Shown here in pieces: positions 31,067-41,989 of a DNA stretch of 64,000 bases; positions within the stretch are counted from its first letter, which is position 1, and each line of letters begins with the position of its first letter. The stretch is from assembly GCA_965248575.1 (NCBI GenBank), contig CBDFJQ010000002.1, positions 320,001-384,000 of the forward strand, in the 5' to 3' direction. Origin of the DNA: Planctomycetota bacterium. Its GTDB lineage: Bacteria; Planctomycetota; B15-G4. The notes below the pieces were generated by a model. It ran no database searches. It was not told the origin of the DNA and saw only the letters and a list, made by a program, of their open reading frames with translations. The position numbers and the translations under genes are program-made.

Positions 31067-31159
31067 TGCTTTGCTCGGTTTCCGAAACGTTGTGTTGTGT
31101 GCTTGGAGTGCCGCAGCGGCGCTGCGTGGCTTCAGGTGGGGGAGGAGCGGGTGCTGGGC

Positions 31160-32878
<1,719 letters not shown>

Positions 32879-33357
32879 GGGGTGACTCTCCATTGTCGTC
32901 GGATGTTGTCTTCGGAGTGCGGCAGGCTGGTATCGCGCGCTGCATTCCGTGCCTGGGCGATGCTGATGCTGTGGGGCGCTGTCCCGCTGAGCCGGTCGTG
33001 CCGGGGCGAGACAGTCCTTGCTCCCGTTAAGCAAAGGCCGGTCCAATCGAGCTGGGGACGGCTAGGGGGAGCGGCTGGGAGGCGGCTGTGGGACGGCCCG
33101 CGGGAGACTTGTGCAGCATCCGCCGTGAATCCCGGTCGTGAATGCGGGTGGATCGATGCCGTGCGGGCGCTAGGCTGCATTCACCGCCTTGGCCCCATGT
33201 GTCAACTTGGCATGGACCCAGGGCATGGCCTCGCAGCGCGCCTGCCACAATGGCGGCACCTGGCCGGTACGAACGCGGCACCGGGATGGTGCTGGGCCAG
33301 TGCCTGGCTGGTATGGGGCTGGCCGTGGCCCCATCTGATTTCGCTGGAGATGCCTGC

Positions 33358-34698
33358 ATGCGCGTGTTCACGACGTTTTTGAGCGCTCTGTTGCTCCTGG
33401 GTTCTGGGGACCGATGCATGGCGGCAACCCGAAAAGCGCCCTCGCTGCTTCCGCGCACCTCATCTCTCATCGCAGCGCTGGACAGTTCCGAAGGCCAGCA
33501 AGCCTTCCGCTTCGAGACCACGTCCGGCGAACAGGTCGAAGGCTTGCTGCTCGAGACGGATGCCGCCGGGCTGAACCTGCTCGTGGACGGGGTCGCTCGG
33601 GATCTCGGATTCCCGGAGCTGCTGTTGGCCTGGAATCTCACGCCGGTTCCAGAGGCCCGGCTGCTGCCGCTCGACCTGGTTCTTCTGGCTCCCCGCCGAG
33701 CAGACAAGGGCCTGAATGTCCCGGGGGACCGCCTCTGGGGCTTTCTCCTGGGCGGCGATGAGTTCTCGCTCCAGCTGCGGCTCGATGGGGGGACCGATGT
33801 GGAGATCCCCTTTGACGAGGTGGATCGGATCCTGCCCGGCGTGAACCGCCCCCTGGACCGCCTCATGGACCTGGAAGGTGGCGGCTATGACGACCGTCTC
33901 TGGCGGCGCAGAAAGGACGGCGGCTTGGACGGTGTCACAGGGGTCCTCTCGGGTATGGACACCGAGGGGCTCGTGCTGGAAAGCGCTCTGGGAGACCTGG
34001 ACTTCGCCTTTGAGGATGTCCTGGCCTTGGTGCTCGCCGAGACGGAGCACCCAGGGCGCGAGCTGGAAGGCACGCCCGTCCTGGTGCGGCTCATGATGGG
34101 GTCGCTGTTCGAGGCTGGGCTGAAGCGTATCGAGGGGGGCAGGGTTCACCTGAGCAGCCAGTTCGCTGCCAACCTGACCATCCCCCAAGCGGACATCGCA
34201 TCGCTGCTGTTCCTCGAACGGGAGGACGAAGCTGAGCTGGGTGCGTTGCCCCTTTCGCGGGGGGAGCCCCTCCACGTGGAGGAGTGGCCGTCTCTGGGCG
34301 GGCCGGAGGCACTGCTCTACCCCTGGCGTCGCGAGCTCTCGGTTAGCGGCGGCCCGCTCCGCCTCGCTGGGCTGTTGCGGGCGACAGGCCTGGGAGTGCA
34401 CGCCAACGCACGCTTGCGCTTCGCCGTGCCGCCGGGCATGCACGCTCTGCGTGTCACGGTGGGGCTGGTAGATGAGGTGCTGGAGCTGCCCGCCGAGGCG
34501 TCCGTGAGCTTCGAACTCCTCGTGGACGGCGAGTCCAAGGCGAGCACAGGACTCGTCGTGGAAGGAGATCCGCCACGGGACCTGCGTGTGAGCGGATTGC
34601 GAGCGGGTCAGACGATCGAGCTGCTGACCCTGGACGGCGGCGATCTGGATGCAGGCGATCGGGCCGCGTGGGTCGACGGTGTGTTTCTTCCGCGCTGA
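33358..34698 (+). CDS. Exported protein with C-terminal NPCBM/NEW2-like carbohydrate-binding domain
   Basis: GLGVHA...VGL.D...SVSFELLVDG...L.L...DGGD...GDRAAW. Start uncertain (33358 or 33418). Confidence 0.78.
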   Translation: MRVFTTFLSALLLLGSGDRCMAATRKAPSLLPRTSSLIAALDSSEGQQAFRFETTSGEQVEGLLLETDAAGLNLLVDGVARDLGFPELLLAWNLTPVPEARLLPLDLVLLAPRRADKGLNVPGDRLWGFLLGGDEFSLQLRLDGGTDVEIPFDEVDRILPGVNRPLDRLMDLEGGGYDDRLWRRRKDGGLDGVTGVLSGMDTEGLVLESALGDLDFAFEDVLALVLAETEHPGRELEGTPVLVRLMMGSLFEAGLKRIEGGRVHLSSQFAANLTIPQADIASLLFLEREDEAELGALPLSRGEPLHVEEWPSLGGPEALLYPWRRELSVSGGPLRLAGLLRATGLGVHANARLRFAVPPGMHALRVTVGLVDEVLELPAEASVSFELLVDGESKASTGLVVEGDPPRDLRVSGLRAGQTIELLTLDGGDLDAGDRAAWVDGVFLPR

Positions 34699-34802
34699 CA
34701 GAACGCGCTGACTGAATGGGTGGGGCCCCGCGCCCGCCGGGGCTCGGGCGCGGGCTGGGGTGGTCGCCGTAACAGCCTTGGTCTCCGCTCGTCGAGCAGG
34801 GC

Positions 34803-35534
34803 ATGACGCTTCGAACACACGCGGCTCCTTTCGTGCCTTCGGACCTCGCTGACGAAGAGCTGCTGGGCATCGTGCTGGGCCGAGAGATCGCTCCCGGTCC
34901 GTGGCAGGGGCAGGGGCAGGGGCCCGTGTCGTCGTGGAGCGCCCCCTGTCGCGCGATCCTGGATGAGTGGGGAGGCTTGGCGCGCGCTGCACGCCTGGCC
35001 ATCCCTGAGCTGGAACGGGCTCTGGCTTCCTTGCCCGAGGGCGGCGAGCCGGCTGAGCCCTCTCTGGGCTCTCGGCGTGCGTCAGCTCGCCTTGTCGCCG
35101 CCGCCTTGGAGCTGGGACGACGGGGGACACGGGAGCCACTGCCCTTGGGCAGGGCCGTGCGGGAGGCCGCCGATCTCGAGCCCCATTTGCGTGGACTGTT
35201 TGCCGGTGCTCGCAAGGAGTTGTTCCTCGTGGTGCTGCTGGACGCGAAGAACAGGCCGCTGCGGGTGGAGCGCGTCAGCGAAGGCTGCCTGACCTGGTCG
35301 GTGGTTCATCCCCGGGAGGTGTTCGCACCGGCCGTGCGCGAAGGAGCGGGGGCGGTGATCGTGGCGCACAATCACCCAAGTGGTGACCCCGAGCCCAGCC
35401 GCCAGGACTTGGAGGTGACGGATCGGCTGCATCGGGTCGGGGCGCTGCTCGGTATCCCCCTGCTGGACCACATCGTCATGGGTGCCGACCGTTGCGTCTC
35501 CTTGCGGGCGCGCAAGCAACTGACGGGGGCATGA
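34803..35534 (+). CDS. radC: RadC-family JAB domain protein
   Basis: E.F....LD, VHPREVF, AHNHPSGDPEPSRQD and LLDHIV. Confidence 0.93.
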   Translation: MTLRTHAAPFVPSDLADEELLGIVLGREIAPGPWQGQGQGPVSSWSAPCRAILDEWGGLARAARLAIPELERALASLPEGGEPAEPSLGSRRASARLVAAALELGRRGTREPLPLGRAVREAADLEPHLRGLFAGARKELFLVVLLDAKNRPLRVERVSEGCLTWSVVHPREVFAPAVREGAGAVIVAHNHPSGDPEPSRQDLEVTDRLHRVGALLGIPLLDHIVMGADRCVSLRARKQLTGA

Positions 35535-35565
35535 TTCGCGCGCTTCAGGCCGCGAGCAGGCCCGC

Positions 35566-36975
35566 TCAGCGCGAACCGAGGGCGGCTCGCGCCCGTTGCA
35601 GGGCAGGGCCCCTGTCGGTGCTGGGCTGCTTCGCATCCAGACCGTGATCGCTGCCCGTCAAAGCGATCAGGCGTTCGATGGCGGGGTAGACCCATGCGGG
35701 GTCGTCCAGGGCCAGCCACTCCATCAAGCGGTCCGGCGGGCGCGAGTCGTCGAGCAGCAGAAGGCTCGCTTCCAATGCCACCTGTTGATCGGGCGGTGCC
35801 TGGGATGCCCCGGCTCGGGCTTCCCATTCCAAAGCGGTGTCCCGCGCTGCGTCGAGGCCCGTTGCACCCAGGGCGTTCAGCACCGCCAGGCGCACCTCGG
35901 GCTCGGACCGAATCTCGAGGGCGTTGATCAGTGGGTCCGCCACGCGCGCGGCTCCACACACGCCGGCGGCCCGCGCAGCCAAGGCCGGGGAGGGATCCGA
36001 CAGCAGGGGGCCCGCTGCGATGACCGCCAACCGGCTGCATTCCTTGCGATCGACGTTGGCTGCAAGTTTCCTCATCACGTCCAGGACATGCAGCCGGATG
36101 TAGTCGTCCGTGGACTCCATGCCTTCTCGCAGGAAGGGCAGCACGTCGGGGCCGAGTTGGACCAGGGTGTAGACGGCGCCGTCGATCTGCCGCAGTTGGT
36201 AGGTCTGGAGGTGAGCCACGAGCAGCCTCGTGCGCGTGACCAGGCCCGGTTCTTCCAGGGGGCCGGACGTTGCCCACAGCCTCAGGCGGTTCTGCTCCCA
36301 CCACGCCTGGGCCCGTGCCGAGGCCGCCTCCCGATCAGGGATCGAGCCATCGGGATCGAATCCGAAGGTCTGGCCCGCCAGGGCTTGGAGGCCTTCCAGG
36401 GCCAACTCCTGAACGAAGGCCATGCGCGTGGTGGGTGTCCAGGGCAGCCGGGTGCGAGAGGCTTCGTGGTCCGTGCCCTCCGCCAGCATCATGAGGATCA
36501 GCGGCACGCCGGCCGGATTGCCGAGGCGAGCGAGAGCGGAGGCCGCGGCTGCCCGAACCGTGATGGGCACGTCGTAGTCCACAGGGTGCGGGCCCAGGGA
36601 TTTCAGCAGGCGTGGGATCGCGGCTCGCTCGCCCCGGGTTCCCAGCTCCCGTGCCGCTGCGCAGGCCACACCCTCCTGCTCGTGACGCAGGGCTGCCATC
36701 AAGGTCGTCAAGACTGCGGTGTCGTTCGCGTCCGAGAGCTCGCTCAGCGCCTCGAGCAGGCTGGCGGGAGGCGTCATCGCGAGCACATCCTGGCGAGGGG
36801 CGGGCTCGCCGGGGAGGGGGGCCGCCAGGACGTCGCGCCAGAACCACACCTCGTCCCGGGCGGCAACCCCCGGCAGATCGGGCAGATCGGGCTGTTCTGG
36901 GGAGCAGGCCCCAGACAGCAGGCTGAGGCCGAGCACCCAGGAGATGCTGCGGGCAACGCGTCGAAGGGGAGCCAT
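35566..36975 (-). CDS. HEAT-repeat lipoprotein
   Basis: Lipobox LSGAC and repeated VR.AAA.ALG units. Start uncertain. Confidence 0.78.
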   Translation of the reverse strand: MAPLRRVARSISWVLGLSLLSGACSPEQPDLPDLPGVAARDEVWFWRDVLAAPLPGEPAPRQDVLAMTPPASLLEALSELSDANDTAVLTTLMAALRHEQEGVACAAARELGTRGERAAIPRLLKSLGPHPVDYDVPITVRAAAASALARLGNPAGVPLILMMLAEGTDHEASRTRLPWTPTTRMAFVQELALEGLQALAGQTFGFDPDGSIPDREAASARAQAWWEQNRLRLWATSGPLEEPGLVTRTRLLVAHLQTYQLRQIDGAVYTLVQLGPDVLPFLREGMESTDDYIRLHVLDVMRKLAANVDRKECSRLAVIAAGPLLSDPSPALAARAAGVCGAARVADPLINALEIRSEPEVRLAVLNALGATGLDAARDTALEWEARAGASQAPPDQQVALEASLLLLDDSRPPDRLMEWLALDDPAWVYPAIERLIALTGSDHGLDAKQPSTDRGPALQRARAALGSR

Positions 36976-37106
36976 GGGTCGGATGCTCTTGTCGATGGGA
37001 CCTGCGATGGAACGGTGACTCATGCTGGGTGAGTTTGACATGGCGGCGTGCCGACCGGTATGCCAGCATCGAAGCTTGCCGAAGTAGTGAACGCAGGAGT
37101 GAACTT

Positions 37107-37391
37107 ATGACGTCCCAGGAACCCAGTGTCGGTCTCGATAAGGACCTGCTCGAGATCCTCGCGTGCCCCGAGACCAAGGAACCCGTGCAGCTCGCTGACG
37201 GTGAGCTCATTGCCCGGGTGAACGCGGCCATCGAGGGTGATGGCCTGATGTCTCGGGACGGCCAGAAGATCGAAAAGACGCTCGACAGCGGGCTGCTGCG
37301 GCAGGACGGCAAGGTGCTGTACCCCGTGCGTGGTGGCATCCCCATCATGCTCGTGGATGAGGCCATTCTCATCGAGAGCTTGCCCGCCTGA
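37107..37391 (+). CDS. Trm112/YcaR-family protein
   Basis: LLEILACP...YPVRGGIPIMLVDEA. AGGAG RBS. Confidence 0.9.
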   Translation: MTSQEPSVGLDKDLLEILACPETKEPVQLADGELIARVNAAIEGDGLMSRDGQKIEKTLDSGLLRQDGKVLYPVRGGIPIMLVDEAILIESLPA

Positions 37392-37537
37392 GTCCCATGT
37401 CTGCCTGAAGACGGCCCGCAGAACGTGGTGCACCCCAACGGTGCAAGAACACGGCTCGGCACGGTCTCGCTTCTCCCTCTCGGATCGGCCTTTTTAGGGG
37501 CATCGGCTCCAGGTCTCCGAGGATATTTGCCCCCTGC

Positions 37538-39433
37538 GTGACACACGATCGACTCATGGAAAAGCGGCTGCCGATTGCGCTCGTCCTGAGCATGCTGTTC
37601 CTCCTCTGGTACCTGGGCCGCTTTGCTCCACCGCCGGAGGAAGCTGGGCTCGCAGGTGGGGAGACAGCCGCCTCAGGAGCACCGGAACCAGGGGGCATGG
37701 ACACGTCGTCCAGAGCGTCCACCGAAGCGGGCGGGCAGATTCCAGCCGTTGGACAGGGCACGCCCGGCGACGACCTCCCCGTGGAAGGCGACCCTCTTGC
37801 GGTCTCCACCGCGCCCGATCGATTGGTGGACGTGCAGACCGCGGACACCTTGGCGACGTGGCAAGCACGCGGTGCCTCCCTGGCGAGCTTGGACCTGAGG
37901 GACTACCGCGTCAGCCCGGAGGACGATGCGGCCATGCCCTTGATGGGGCCCGTCGATGGACCCAAGGGCAGCTTCCTGGTGCGGGACGTGGCGGATCGCT
38001 ACGGCCTCGATCGGCTCAACTGGGAGGTTGAGCAGTCGAGCTTGCCGGATGGTGGCCAGGAGCTCGTATTCACCCACCTCACCAGCGACGGCCTGGAGTT
38101 CCGCCGGACGGTGCGGCACTTCAACGACGAGGGGCGACCACACACCTTCGGCATGAGCCTGGAGGTCAGCAACGTCGGTTCGGCTCGCAGCGAGCAACTG
38201 ACCTTGGTGCAGCAGAGCGCACGAGGTCTGGTGGATGAAGAGGCGGGCTCGGCGTTCTACGGCCAACCCACGGCGCTCGTCGTCGTGCAGCGCGCGCCGC
38301 ACGAACCCGAGATCGTGAAGTGGTCGGAAGATGACTTGCGCGGGGATTCGCGCCGCATCGGTGATGCAGAGCGGGTGTTGGCTGCAGGCACGATCACGAA
38401 CTATTTCAGCTCGATCCTGGTGCCTCTCGGCGACACACGGGTGGTGCAGGTCTTCCCGCTGTCCGTGGAGGACAAGCTGAAGCTCGAGCGCCACGTGCAG
38501 GCGGAGAATCCGGCGGACGAACGGGAGGCCGATCGGCTGCGCATGGAGATGCGCCCCAAGACCCAGGCTGCCGCCGGCGTGGAGTTGCAGCTGTGGGTCC
38601 CCGTGCTCGACCCCGGTGAAAGCAGTCGCTTCGACTTCGAGGTCTACAACGGCCCCCAGGATCTCGAGACGGCTGCCCTGCCCGGCTACGCCTTCCTGAC
38701 CCCGGTGATCGAATCGGCCTACGGCAACTGGGGTTGGATCAACAGCACGCTGTTGCAGATCCTGCGCTTCTTCCAGTCGGTGGTGGGCAACTGGGGCGTG
38801 GCGGTCATCCTGCTCACGTTGCTCGTGAAGACGGTGCTCTTTCCGCTGAACCGCAAGCAGCAGACGAGCATGGCGAAATACTCCGCCGTGATGGGCAAGC
38901 TCAAGCCACAGCTCGATGAGCTGAAGGCCAAGTACAAGAAGAACACCAAGAAGTACAACGAAGAGCAGATGAAGCTGCTCAAGGCCGAGGGAGCGTCGCC
39001 GCCCCTCGGTGGTTGTTTGCTGACCTTCTTGCAGTTCCCGATCTGGATCAGCTTGTTCCAGATCCTGGGAACCTCCATCGAGCTGCGGCAGTCGCACTTC
39101 GTTGGTTGGATCGACGACTTGTCCCGCCCGGACGCCATGCCTTTGGGTATTGGCGGGATGGACACCTTGAACCTGCTGCCGATCCTGATGGCCGTGGCGA
39201 CGACGGTCCAGATGCGCTTCCAGGCCAAGCCTGCTGATGCGCAGCAGGCTCAAACCCAGAAGATCATGGGCATGGTCATGCCGGTCTTCATGCTGTTCTT
39301 CCTCTACAGCTACTCTTCTGGGCTGTCGCTCTACATCTTCACGTCCTCGCTCATCGGCATCTTCGAGTTCCAGGTCATCCGGCGTATCTGGCCGATGCCT
39401 GGCATGCCGGGAGTCCCCACCGGAAAGGCCTGA
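37538..39433 (+). CDS. yidC: Membrane protein insertase YidC
   Basis: N-terminal TM, large periplasmic domain, NWGVAVILLT, GGCL...Q.PI, SIELR, WIDDLSRPD and SGLSLY. Confidence 0.95.
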   Translation: MTHDRLMEKRLPIALVLSMLFLLWYLGRFAPPPEEAGLAGGETAASGAPEPGGMDTSSRASTEAGGQIPAVGQGTPGDDLPVEGDPLAVSTAPDRLVDVQTADTLATWQARGASLASLDLRDYRVSPEDDAAMPLMGPVDGPKGSFLVRDVADRYGLDRLNWEVEQSSLPDGGQELVFTHLTSDGLEFRRTVRHFNDEGRPHTFGMSLEVSNVGSARSEQLTLVQQSARGLVDEEAGSAFYGQPTALVVVQRAPHEPEIVKWSEDDLRGDSRRIGDAERVLAAGTITNYFSSILVPLGDTRVVQVFPLSVEDKLKLERHVQAENPADEREADRLRMEMRPKTQAAAGVELQLWVPVLDPGESSRFDFEVYNGPQDLETAALPGYAFLTPVIESAYGNWGWINSTLLQILRFFQSVVGNWGVAVILLTLLVKTVLFPLNRKQQTSMAKYSAVMGKLKPQLDELKAKYKKNTKKYNEEQMKLLKAEGASPPLGGCLLTFLQFPIWISLFQILGTSIELRQSHFVGWIDDLSRPDAMPLGIGGMDTLNLLPILMAVATTVQMRFQAKPADAQQAQTQKIMGMVMPVFMLFFLYSYSSGLSLYIFTSSLIGIFEFQVIRRIWPMPGMPGVPTGKA

Positions 39434-39439
39434 TCGCCC

Positions 39440-40423
39440 ATGCCCAGCCGTTCATCTCGCCCCAAGAACTCACGCCTCGTTCTGGTGGTCATCCTGGGCT
39501 TGCTGGGTTGGGGGGCCTGGAGCATGGTGAACGGGGGCGGGGCTCCGGACTACGACAAGCTCGCCATCCGTCCACTGCCCTACGTCAACTACGGTTGGAA
39601 GGCGGACTTCACCCGGCAGGGGGAGTGGGTACGCTCCACCAACCCGGATGGTTTCCGGGGCGACGAGATCGTTCGCCCCAAGCCGGCGGGCACCTTCCGT
39701 ATCGTCTGCCTCGGTGGGTCGACCACCTACACGTCCTTCGTCGACGACGACCAGACCTATCCGGTGCTGCTCGAGCAGGAGCTGAGCGAAGCCTTTCCTC
39801 AGCGCAAGTTCGAGGTCATCAACGCAGGGGTCGAGTCGTACACGAGCGCGGAGAGCGTGGCCAACCTGGCGTTCCGCTGCTTGGACTTCGAGGCAGACAT
39901 GATCGTCGTCTACCACGCAGCCAACGACGTCCGGCCGCGGCGCTACCCCGACTTCGACGCCGGCTACACGTCCTACCGCAAGCTCTGGGACGGGCGCACG
40001 GACAACTACGTGAAGCGCGAGGGCGAGCTGGGCGGCTTCAATACCTTCATCCAGCACCCGCCGAATGGTGGAGAGCAAACGGAAGCGCAGAAGCTCGAGA
40101 ACGCCGCACGCGCTGGGACGCGAGCGTTCCGGAACAACCTGCTGAGTCTCGTGGGCCTGGCCCGCGTGCATGGCATGCAGCCGGTGTTGGTCACCATGGC
40201 TGCGAGCCGCAGCAAGTGCACGGCGGACCTGGCGAGCGGCATCCGTGAGCACAACGACGTCATCCGCAGTGTGTGCGCCGAGCAGGGCCTGCCGTGCATC
40301 GACTTCGCCCCCAAGATGGCCCAGGCGGACGAACTCTGGCGGGATGCGGTGCACGTCACCTCCGAGGGCTCCGTGCTCAAGGCGAAGCTGATCGCCGAGG
40401 AGCTGGCCGGCTTCCTGCAGTGA
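39440..40423 (+). CDS. SGNH/GDSL hydrolase, membrane-anchored
   Basis: CLGGSTT, VINAGV, YHAAND and DAVH blocks, with an N-terminal TM. Confidence 0.88.
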   Translation: MPSRSSRPKNSRLVLVVILGLLGWGAWSMVNGGGAPDYDKLAIRPLPYVNYGWKADFTRQGEWVRSTNPDGFRGDEIVRPKPAGTFRIVCLGGSTTYTSFVDDDQTYPVLLEQELSEAFPQRKFEVINAGVESYTSAESVANLAFRCLDFEADMIVVYHAANDVRPRRYPDFDAGYTSYRKLWDGRTDNYVKREGELGGFNTFIQHPPNGGEQTEAQKLENAARAGTRAFRNNLLSLVGLARVHGMQPVLVTMAASRSKCTADLASGIREHNDVIRSVCAEQGLPCIDFAPKMAQADELWRDAVHVTSEGSVLKAKLIAEELAGFLQ

Positions 40424-41862
40424 GTGATGCCGCAGGGCAGCTGACGGACACCATCGTCGCTCCCTGTACCGCGCCCGGCGCCGGAGAACGCGCCATCGTG
40501 CGCGTGTCGGGGCGCATGGCGCACGAGCTGACCGCCCAGGTGCTGGGTGGTGTTCCCGCGACCGAATCAGAGGACGGGCAGCCTGGGCAGCCGGTGGTTC
40601 GGGCCCTGTTCGACCTCGGTGCAGTCCGTGGAGACGCCCCGGTTCCGGTGCAGTTGCTTCGTTGGTGGGCTCCCCGCTCTTTGACGGGAGAGCACGTGGT
40701 GGAGATCCACATGCCGGCTTGGCCGGCCCTCGTCACCGAATTCGTGCGGCGCCTTGTGGGTGCGGGCGCCCGGCCTGCCGCCCGAGGGGAGTTCGCGCGA
40801 CGAGCCTGGGTCCACGGCAAGCTGGACGCCGCCGGAGTGATGGCCTTGAGCCAGCTCGTCAATGCCACCACCATCGCCGAGGCGGCAGAAGCAGCCGAGG
40901 CTCTCGTGGGCCAAAGCAGCATCGCTCGGCGCGAGCTGGCAGCAGCTCTTCTCGACGCGTTGGCCTTGATCGAAGCGCACGTCGACTTCGAGGAGGAGGA
41001 CACCGAAGAAGTGGGCGAGGCCGACTTGCGGGCTGCCCTGGAGCGGGTCGCTGACTGCGCCCAGGCCATGGGGCAGCGCGGTTCCGGTGCGGCTGTCCGT
41101 GACGGTGTGACGGACGTGGTGCTGCTGGGCGTTCCCAATGTTGGCAAGTCCAGTTTGTTCGGGGCGCTGTGTCCCGGTGCGCGGAGCGCGGTCTCGGCCG
41201 TGGCTGGCACGACGCGCGATGCCCTCGAAGCGCATGTCACCCGCGCAGGGCGGCGCTTCCGGATCCTGGATGGGCCAGGACTGGACGAACAGTTCCTGCT
41301 GCCTTCGGGTTTACAGGATCCAGGCTCCGAAGCCGCTGACCACCAGAGCTTGGATGTCCTTGCCATGCAGCGTTACGTCGCGCAGCTTCCACCCGACGCC
41401 GTGGTCCTGTTCGTGGACGGTCCGGCCGACGGGCAGCCGCAGGCGGGCACCTTCGCAGATCGCCTCTGCCAGCAACTTGTCGCTGATCGACCGTGCGTGC
41501 GGGTCTGGAACAAGATCGATCTGCTCCCGGAGCAGCAGCGCATGGGTGCTCGGAGTGGCGGGTGCCTTCCCGTCTCCGCGCTTCAGGGCTGGGGGCTCGA
41601 GGAACTCTGGGAGGCTGTGCTGAAGGTGGCTCCTGTCGCTCTTTCCGGCGACCTTTCGCTGAGGGCAGACGCCGACGCGGCCCAAGCGCTCCTGCCGTGG
41701 CTGGAGGAGCTGGACGCGGCGCCTCTGGAGGGAGCCCTGCCTGCCTTGTCCTTGGCCCTGCGCGACATGCTGGAGGTGCTTGAGCGCGATGCCGACGCCC
41801 GCTTGGATGTGGACGAGGAGATCCTGGATCGCGTGTTTTCCGGCTTCTGTGTGGGCAAGTAG
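40420..41862 (+). CDS. mnmE: tRNA modification GTPase MnmE (divergent)
   Basis: DTIVA, IVRVSG, GEF.RRA...GKLD, GVPNVGKS, GTTRD, DGPG, NKID and C-terminal FCVGK. GTG start overlaps the upstream TGA. Confidence 0.9.
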   Translation: MSDAAGQLTDTIVAPCTAPGAGERAIVRVSGRMAHELTAQVLGGVPATESEDGQPGQPVVRALFDLGAVRGDAPVPVQLLRWWAPRSLTGEHVVEIHMPAWPALVTEFVRRLVGAGARPAARGEFARRAWVHGKLDAAGVMALSQLVNATTIAEAAEAAEALVGQSSIARRELAAALLDALALIEAHVDFEEEDTEEVGEADLRAALERVADCAQAMGQRGSGAAVRDGVTDVVLLGVPNVGKSSLFGALCPGARSAVSAVAGTTRDALEAHVTRAGRRFRILDGPGLDEQFLLPSGLQDPGSEAADHQSLDVLAMQRYVAQLPPDAVVLFVDGPADGQPQAGTFADRLCQQLVADRPCVRVWNKIDLLPEQQRMGARSGGCLPVSALQGWGLEELWEAVLKVAPVALSGDLSLRADADAAQALLPWLEELDAAPLEGALPALSLALRDMLEVLERDADARLDVDEEILDRVFSGFCVGK

Positions 41863-41989
41863 GCCGCGGCGCAGGGCCCACATCCGTGTCCCCGACGGTG
41901 CGCGAGGACTAGAAGTCGTGGTGTGAGTCCATAGGACCCGGACCTGGCGCAAAGAACCCATGCAGCGGCGGAGGTAGACTGAATCACTG

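Noticed and set aside
32879..33357. CIRCE or sigma54 promoter upstream of groL
   Set aside because: There is no TTAGCACTC-N9-GAGTGCTAA, and the GGCACGGAATGC candidate has the wrong GG-to-GC spacing.
34803..35534. radC as a marker of a mobile element
   Set aside because: It is the longer chromosomal form, sits among housekeeping genes, and has no mobility genes nearby.
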